Below, piece by piece: positions 28,185 through 33,198 of a DNA stretch of 33,198 nucleotides. The DNA is from an uncultured virus (IMG/VR IMGVR_UViG_3300035208_001228) (lineage: Duplodnaviria; Heunggongvirae; Uroviricota; Caudoviricetes): the IMG/VR virus record IMGVR_UViG_3300035208_001228. One strand, given 5' to 3'. The translations under genes and the position numbers were made by a program. The notes under the pieces are model-generated. The model made no database searches. It saw only the letters and a program-made list of their open reading frames with translations, and had not been told where the DNA came from. Position 1 is the first letter of the stretch. Each line of letters starts with the position of its first letter.

Positions 28185-29090
28185 TTACGCCTTCGGCTTG
28201 GCCCCGGCCTTGGCCCCGGCCTTGGCCCCGGCCTTGGCCCCGGCCTTGGCCCCGGCCTTGGCCCCGGCCTTGGCCCCGGCCTTGGGCTTGGGCTGCTGCT
28301 TCAGTTCGCGTTGGATTTCGATCGCGGCGTCCATCAGAGTCCGCGCTCGCGCGATAAGCAGAGCGGTTTCAACAACGTTTCCTGTTTGTTCGGCAACCCA
28401 TACCTTAACGGCGAGTCGAGTAATATCCGCTGAAAGATCACCGTCGTCGAGCCGCACTCCCCACCCATGTTCCGTGCGCTTCCATTGGTACGGATGCTGC
28501 CGTCGCCGGTGCATGATGCGATAGACAGTCGGCCCGTTGAACAGCGTCCCAATAGCCGTCCTGTGCCCGGCTGCATTCAGATACTCCGCGATCTGACTGT
28601 AGGTCATACCTTCCTTGCGAAGCCGATCGAAGGGCAGTAAACTGTACAGCTTTTGCGCCTTGATCTGCCGCACCTTCGCCGCTTCTCGGATGGCCTTCTT
28701 TTGGGCACTGGGACGTGTCTTCTTAACCGCCGGGTTTGCGAACCCCATGACCTTCCCCACAAGTTTTTCTTTCGTCTCTTTGCTCACTACCCGCGCGAAG
28801 AATCTGGCCTTTTCCAACGCGACGTGGCGTGTCTTATTGTTGAGATACGGCTTGTCACAGCAAATGAACTCAATCCCGTCAAGCATGGATAAGACGACGT
28901 GGCTACGTACGAGACTTCCGATCCTACCGATTATGAGGCGCGACCCTGTCTCACGAGCGTGCGAAATTGCCTCCTCTAGCCCGGAAAGCGACTTTCCTGT
29001 GCTAGTATACTCTGCCCCAATCGTCCCGTACTCCTCGGCCAAGTACCGCTGGTCGTGGACGGGAAGTCTGATCCACAGTGTATTGTCCAT
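28185..29090 (-). CDS. Serine recombinase (resolvase plus recombinase DNA-binding domain) homolog, catalytic motifs degenerate, with (AKAG)n tail
   Basis: LEEAISHARETGSRLIIGRIGSLVR, IEFICCDKP and GMTYSQIAEYLNAAGHRT align by eye to the resolvase family. YxRVS reads WIRLP here. Confidence 0.75.
   Translation of the reverse strand: MDNTLWIRLPVHDQRYLAEEYGTIGAEYTSTGKSLSGLEEAISHARETGSRLIIGRIGSLVRSHVVLSMLDGIEFICCDKPYLNNKTRHVALEKARFFARVVSKETKEKLVGKVMGFANPAVKKTRPSAQKKAIREAAKVRQIKAQKLYSLLPFDRLRKEGMTYSQIAEYLNAAGHRTAIGTLFNGPTVYRIMHRRRQHPYQWKRTEHGWGVRLDDGDLSADITRLAVKVWVAEQTGNVVETALLIARARTLMDAAIEIQRELKQQPKPKAGAKAGAKAGAKAGAKAGAKAGAKAGAKPKA
28198..28284. repeat. 12-bp tandem repeat x7 encoding AKAG
   Basis: TTGGCCCCGGCC repeated. 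Confidence 0.95.
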
Positions 29091-29109
29091 AGCCACAGGG
29101 TACAACACT

Positions 29110-29490
29110 ATGAAGGCTTTGTCAATCGAGAACAGCATGGTCCAAGCATTCCGGGAGCAGGTCCGCGAGTACCAACCCACTGCTGAAGGGATAGGACTGC
29201 TACCCGAGCCAGGCGGTAGCATCGAGAACCTTCGACGACTGGGGCGTGACATCCTCGCCGTTCTGAACGGTACACACGTGCTGGTGGTTTTCAAGACGGG
29301 CGAGACCTACCTGACCAGCCTGCCGCCCGGTCCCGAGTTGGCCGATCTCCTGACCGAGTTGAACCAGGGCGACTTTGTGGACCGCGACGAGCTACTCCGC
29401 ACATTTGCGACGTGGCCGACCGACCTTGAGGGACCACTACCTATAACGGGTGGCATAGGAAAAGCGCCGTTTGGCCAGTCGTTACCTTAG
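29110..29490 (+). CDS. Hypothetical protein, 126 aa, divergent from the recombinase homolog
   Basis: 3' part of ORF 28615..29490 starting at ATG 29110 (MKALSIENS...); globular-looking composition. Confidence 0.55.
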   Translation: MKALSIENSMVQAFREQVREYQPTAEGIGLLPEPGGSIENLRRLGRDILAVLNGTHVLVVFKTGETYLTSLPPGPELADLLTELNQGDFVDRDELLRTFATWPTDLEGPLPITGGIGKAPFGQSLP

Positions 29491-29780
29491 TTTGGCCAGT
29501 CGTTACCTTCCGTTTTGCGCTCAACAACTCGATTGGCCCTTACGTATTCAACGACTTACGTCTCAGCAGGCCAATCGAGTTTCTTGGCTGCTACATTACA
29601 CGCTATACTATTCTTGTTTTGACTACGGTCCCAAACACGTTTGTATATGGCTAAATGTAGCAAACAAGGAACTCGATTGGCCTGCTGAGACGTAAGTCGT
29701 TGAATACGTAAGGGCCAATCGAGTTGTTGAGCGCAAAACGGAAGGTAACGACTGGCCAAACTAAGGCAACGACTGGCCAA
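29471..29780. repeat. Long inverted repeat: 127-bp arms (29471-29597 / 29654-29780, 4 mismatches), 56-bp spacer, nested sub-repeats
   Basis: Direct reverse-complement comparison. Confidence 0.95.
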
Positions 29781-30256
29781 GATTTTCCTCACAAGGGTGG
29801 TTTTATCCATCCAATGGGTGGAGAGCATCGAGTAACGCTCGCGGTAGTAGTCATGCCCCCTGTCGTAAGGGTAAATACCCCTCCCTTGGATGTAGTATGC
29901 CCGAGTGGAACGGCAGATGCCAGGCGTGTCAAGGCATGTCAAGGCATGCCCGAGCCGCCCGAGCCGCCCGAGCCGCCCGAGCCGCCCGAGAGGAATTGCC
30001 GCGTCATTGACTCTGTCGATCAGGCCCGCCGGTGAGCAAACAGCCCCGGAATCGACTGTATCAAGCGTGCTGGTTGGGAGGGCGATTTTGACCCCTCCCC
30101 CTACCATTCGGGTGGTCTCTCAGCGCGTTGTGTAGCATAGTAGGCTAGATAATACCGCGTCCAAAGTCGCTCCAATGCAATAGGTTACGACTCGCCAAGG
30201 GCGCGCCTTGTCCTTGCCATTGGGGACAACAGCCAGCCTGCTACCCCGCCATTATG

Positions 30257-30310
30257 GTGTATCAATATGATACACAACGTGACGTTACGTAGTGTATCAT
30301 TTTGATACAC
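30257..30310. promoter_or_regulatory. Tandem palindromic operator-like sites GTGTATCA-N3-TGATACAC (30257-30275, 30292-30310)
   Basis: Two perfect 8-3-8 palindromes 35 bp apart in non-coding DNA. Confidence 0.75.
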
Positions 30311-30491
30311 CCTAATGGGGAGGGAACAAGGTCAACTGCGCGTGAGTATAAGCGGAACTAATACTGCGCTTACCGCCTGCTAATGCTGTCGGGTACTATG
30401 GGTCGTGGTGTTGTGTCGTCACCTATACTACATCTTGTGTCCATGCTGGCTACTGACGCTGATTGCCTAGTATTAGATTGCCTTATACGGT

Positions 30492-30562
<71 letters not shown>

Positions 30563-30631
30563 GTCATTATACTATGGAAGCAGGGGTCTCAAGCGTGATC
30601 GCTCCCGATGTCCGCTATACAGAATTCCGAA

Positions 30632-30680
30632 TTCAGAATTTGACAACCGAACACAGTGGCGTAAGCTTAAGTAGGAAGGG
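30632..30680 (+). promoter_or_regulatory. Sigma70-type early promoter plus SD, copy 1 of a 49-bp direct repeat
   Basis: TTGACA (30640)-N16-TAAGCT (30662) followed by AGGAAGG. Confidence 0.75.
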
Positions 30681-30730
30681 GAACAAACATGGGAACAAAC
30701 ATGGGAACGCAAGCAAGTAGGAGTATCAGA

Positions 30731-30826
30731 ATGCCACGTCGCACATCGGTAAACTTCGCAATGACCGGAAGGCGTTTCGCCCTTACGAGGAGTCGGCGTG
30801 TCGGTATATTTGAGTTCAGAATTTGA
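30731..30826 (+). CDS. Small basic early peptide (31 aa; 45 aa from ATG 30689)
   Basis: AGGAG-N7-ATG; MPRRTSVNFAMTGRRFALTRSRRVGIFEFRI; the stop lies in the second promoter copy. Confidence 0.35.
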   Translation: MPRRTSVNFAMTGRRFALTRSRRVGIFEFRI

Positions 30827-30863
30827 CAACCGAACACAGTGGCGTAAGCTTAAGTAGGAAGGG
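30815..30863 (+). promoter_or_regulatory. Sigma70-type early promoter plus SD, copy 2
   Basis: Identical 49 bp to 30632-30680; TTGACA at 30823. Confidence 0.75.
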
Positions 30864-30872
30864 AGACAAACA

Positions 30873-31004
30873 ATGCACACTATAAAGCGACACGGCAGGA
30901 GCTATGCTCTCTCGTTCAACGGCTATCTCTTGCTGGACGGATTGCCTTTAGCCGCGCTCCAAAATTACTGCACGTACTTACGTGTACCCTACACAGTGGA
31001 GTAA
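30873..31004 (+). CDS. Small early protein, 43 aa
   Basis: GGGAG SD; MHTIKRHGRSYALSFNGYLLLDGLPLAALQNYCTYLRVPYTVE. Confidence 0.55.
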   Translation: MHTIKRHGRSYALSFNGYLLLDGLPLAALQNYCTYLRVPYTVE

Positions 31005-31008
31005 CAAC

Positions 31009-31173
31009 ATGCGATACCGAATCATCTCAAAAGAGACAACAAGGGGGGCGTGGGCGGGGGACACGCTGGTTGAGTGTCGAACACGACAGAGCGCAATAGC
31101 GCTCTGTCACGCGATTCCCCACTGCTATGTTATCGACCGCCTTACGGGCGCAACCGTCTGTGAGAACAGGTGA
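31009..31173 (+). CDS. Small early protein, 54 aa
   Basis: GGAG-N7-ATG; tightly packed after the previous ORF. Confidence 0.6.
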   Translation: MRYRIISKETTRGAWAGDTLVECRTRQSAIALCHAIPHCYVIDRLTGATVCENR

Positions 31174-31177
31174 CACT

Positions 31178-31339
31178 ATGCCAATCATCAGAAAAACATG
31201 GCGGGGCAATTGTGTCTGGGTAGTCCTATTGCCGGGTAACATCGTCGCATTGTGGGACGGGTGCCTCAACTTGTGGGACATCGCCGTGTGCAGCACCTTC
31301 GATAAGGCGAACGCCGAATTCGATAAGCGACTAGCGTAA
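31178..31339 (+). CDS. Small early protein, 53 aa
   Basis: AGGTGA SD before ATG 31178. Confidence 0.55.
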   Translation: MPIIRKTWRGNCVWVVLLPGNIVALWDGCLNLWDIAVCSTFDKANAEFDKRLA

Positions 31340-31402
31340 CAGTGTTGATTTTAGTTTGCGTTTGCTTTTCGCTACCTCTCATCTTGTTGAGGAGGCGTTA
31401 TT

Positions 31403-32620
31403 ATGTGCGAAGTTTGCGGAAAAACCACCGTCGTACTGGCAAAAGGACAAATTTCCAGTGCGGGGCAAGAGGCAATCAAGGCGCTACTGTATGCGCCGAA
31501 TGGCCCCTTTACTTGGAAGATACAAATTCCCGACGATTGGCAGTGGTGCGCGAAAGTCGGGGGCAAGGGGGAGTATGTCGGCAGTTTCGCCAAGCGCTTG
31601 GCCAAGCTAGCACACCACAACGACGTGAAACTAGATAGCGATTTTCTGGGGATGATCGGTTCTCTAGTCGCCCAATATAGCGCCTCTCAAGTCGAATACA
31701 CTTATGACATTGTTTCCCGATTCGATTGGGCGGACGGGGACTATGGCGATTCGGGCTCTTGCTATTGGGGTTGCCGCAGTGGTGCGCGCCTCATGCTGGC
31801 AGAGAACGGGGCGCGCGCTATCCGACTTTACGACGACGACAACGGGCGGGGCTATGCTCGCGCTTGGCTCGCGCCTTACGACAACGGGTATGTAGTGTTC
31901 AACGGTTACGGGGAGGAAACCTCGACATTCGCGCAGATATTCGCTACAATCCAGAGCCAACCGTATAAGCGCGTGACACTGCGGAATAACGGCCGCGAAT
32001 CGGGGGAATTGTGGATAAACGGCGGGACGGGCTATTATGTTGGCCCCAATGAGGTAGTCTATAGCAGCTGTATCGACTTGCACTGGGATGAGGAACATGA
32101 CGATCAGAACCGCTGTCACCATTGTGGCGATTACTCCGAAGATTGCTGTCGCATCGACGATGCGTATTATTGCAGCGATTGCGCTTGCGAGCTATTTTCG
32201 TCATGTTCACGTTGTGACGAATGGTTTGGTCCTGACGACGTTGTCGAGTGTGATGGCGACTGGTATTGTGAGGATTGCGCCGGGCAGAAGGGATTCGTCA
32301 AGTGCGACGATTGCGGAACGTGGCACGATGATTGTACGGACATTGACGGCGACGACGTATGTTCCGATTGCATCGTAAACGGCAATTACTCGCGCTGTGA
32401 AGATTGCGGGGATTGGCACAAAGATATGACCGTCGTTGACGGCTATCCCTACTGTGAGGATTGTGTCGATAGTCTGGACGTTTGCAGCAAGTGCGGGGAA
32501 CGTCACAAGGAATTTACAGAAATTGACGGCCAGAATGTCTGCAATGATTGTCTTGCCAGTTACGACTATTCCGCCGAATTCGGGCTCTATGTCCCGAAGG
32601 GGCAATTGCTCTTGGCATAA
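31403..32620 (+). CDS. Early protein, 405 aa, with an unknown N-terminal domain and five acidic double-CxxC zinc-ribbon repeats
   Basis: GAGGAGG SD; ten C-terminal CxxC motifs in ~32-aa units (CxxC...D-G--(Y/V)CxDC). Confidence 0.85.
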   Translation: MCEVCGKTTVVLAKGQISSAGQEAIKALLYAPNGPFTWKIQIPDDWQWCAKVGGKGEYVGSFAKRLAKLAHHNDVKLDSDFLGMIGSLVAQYSASQVEYTYDIVSRFDWADGDYGDSGSCYWGCRSGARLMLAENGARAIRLYDDDNGRGYARAWLAPYDNGYVVFNGYGEETSTFAQIFATIQSQPYKRVTLRNNGRESGELWINGGTGYYVGPNEVVYSSCIDLHWDEEHDDQNRCHHCGDYSEDCCRIDDAYYCSDCACELFSSCSRCDEWFGPDDVVECDGDWYCEDCAGQKGFVKCDDCGTWHDDCTDIDGDDVCSDCIVNGNYSRCEDCGDWHKDMTVVDGYPYCEDCVDSLDVCSKCGERHKEFTEIDGQNVCNDCLASYDYSAEFGLYVPKGQLLLA

Positions 32621-32719
32621 CCCGAACAATGCCGGGTGTCATAACGAAAATGACGATTGTGCGCCATCCGATTCTAATGTATCGGTTGTGTGGTGTGCGC
32701 GGCATTGTTCGGGTTATGC
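32615..32719. other. Perfect 20-bp inverted repeat enclosing two inner hairpins
   Basis: GCATAACCCGAACAATGCCG (32615-32634) / CGGCATTGTTCGGGTTATGC (32700-32719). Confidence 0.7.
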
Positions 32720-32777
32720 AAGCTGAGCGCGGCATTCCGTTTCTAACGGTTCTAGTTGCCGCGCGTCGAATATAGCG

Positions 32778-33198
32778 CCGGCGGGCTCTGCGCTTGGCCG
32801 GCGGGCTCTGCGCTTTGCCGATCATCCGGCGGGCTCTGCCGATGGTCGGCGGGCTCTGCCGATGGTCGGCGGGCTCTGCGCCTTGACCGATGGTCGGCGG
32901 GCTCTGCCGATGGTCGGCGGGCTCTGCCGATGGTCGGCGGGCTCTGCCGATGGTCGGCGGGCTCTGCGCCTTGACCGATGGTCGGCGGGCTCTGCCGATG
33001 GTCGGCGGGCTCTGTGCCTTGACCGATGGCGGGCGGGCTCTGGCCGGCGGGCTCTGCGCTTGACCGGATGGCCGGCGGGCTCTGCGCCTTGACCGGATGG
33101 CCGGCGGGCTCTGCGCTTGACCGGATGGCCGGCGGGCTCTGCGCCTTGACCGATGGTCGGCGGGCTCTGGCCGGCGGGCCCTGCGCCTTGACCGGTGG
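32778..33198. repeat. Array of about 18 GGCGGGCTCTG-core repeats, mostly 20- and 28-bp periods, running off the window end
   Basis: Units such as CCGATGGTCGGCGGGCTCTG counted by eye. Confidence 0.95.

Noticed and set aside
28615..29294. Full-length overlapping ORFs 28615..29490 (+) and 28185..29294 (-)
   Set aside because: Homology and non-overlap favour divergent starts at 29090 (-) and 29110 (+).
28185..29780. Active invertase-driven tail-fibre switching (Gin/Cin-type)
   Set aside because: The recombinase lacks the catalytic Ser motif and the inverted repeat encloses only 56 bp, not fibre genes.
32778..33198. Terminal repeats as a CRISPR or mini-array
   Set aside because: The linkers are short and themselves repeated; no unique spacers and no cas genes.

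Overview
A 33-kb piece of a tailed dsDNA phage or prophage, siphovirus-like because it has a long tape measure and no sheath gene. The host cannot be read from the sequence; some protein styles suggest Planctomycetota, which is only an inference. Positions 1-28060 carry the virion morphogenesis operon on the minus strand. In transcription order: a cysteine-peptidase/thioredoxin/membrane-protein cluster, a GpA-type terminase, an endonuclease VII-type HNH, portal, a repeat-rich structural protein, head completion protein, scaffold, P22-coat-like capsid, adaptor/terminator, two tail-tube paralogs, a tail chaperone with a -1 frameshift, tape measure, and tail-tip genes. A probably catalytically dead serine recombinase, a repeat-rich control region and a divergent plus-strand early operon follow. 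Main observations: (1) an ORF-less group I intron (12026-12283) splits the major tail gene after codon 8, right behind a decaying free-standing GIY-YIG endonuclease; (2) the terminase is in frame with a lipoprotein signal and a WCxxC thioredoxin; (3) a diverged second copy of terL 3' end-endoVII-portal 5' end is nested inside a split endoVII remnant; (4) scaffold and capsid share an N-terminal YL-x5-ACYD leader; (5) a 127-bp inverted repeat with nested sub-sites; (6) a duplicated pseudoknot-like leader. All alignments were done by eye, without database searches.
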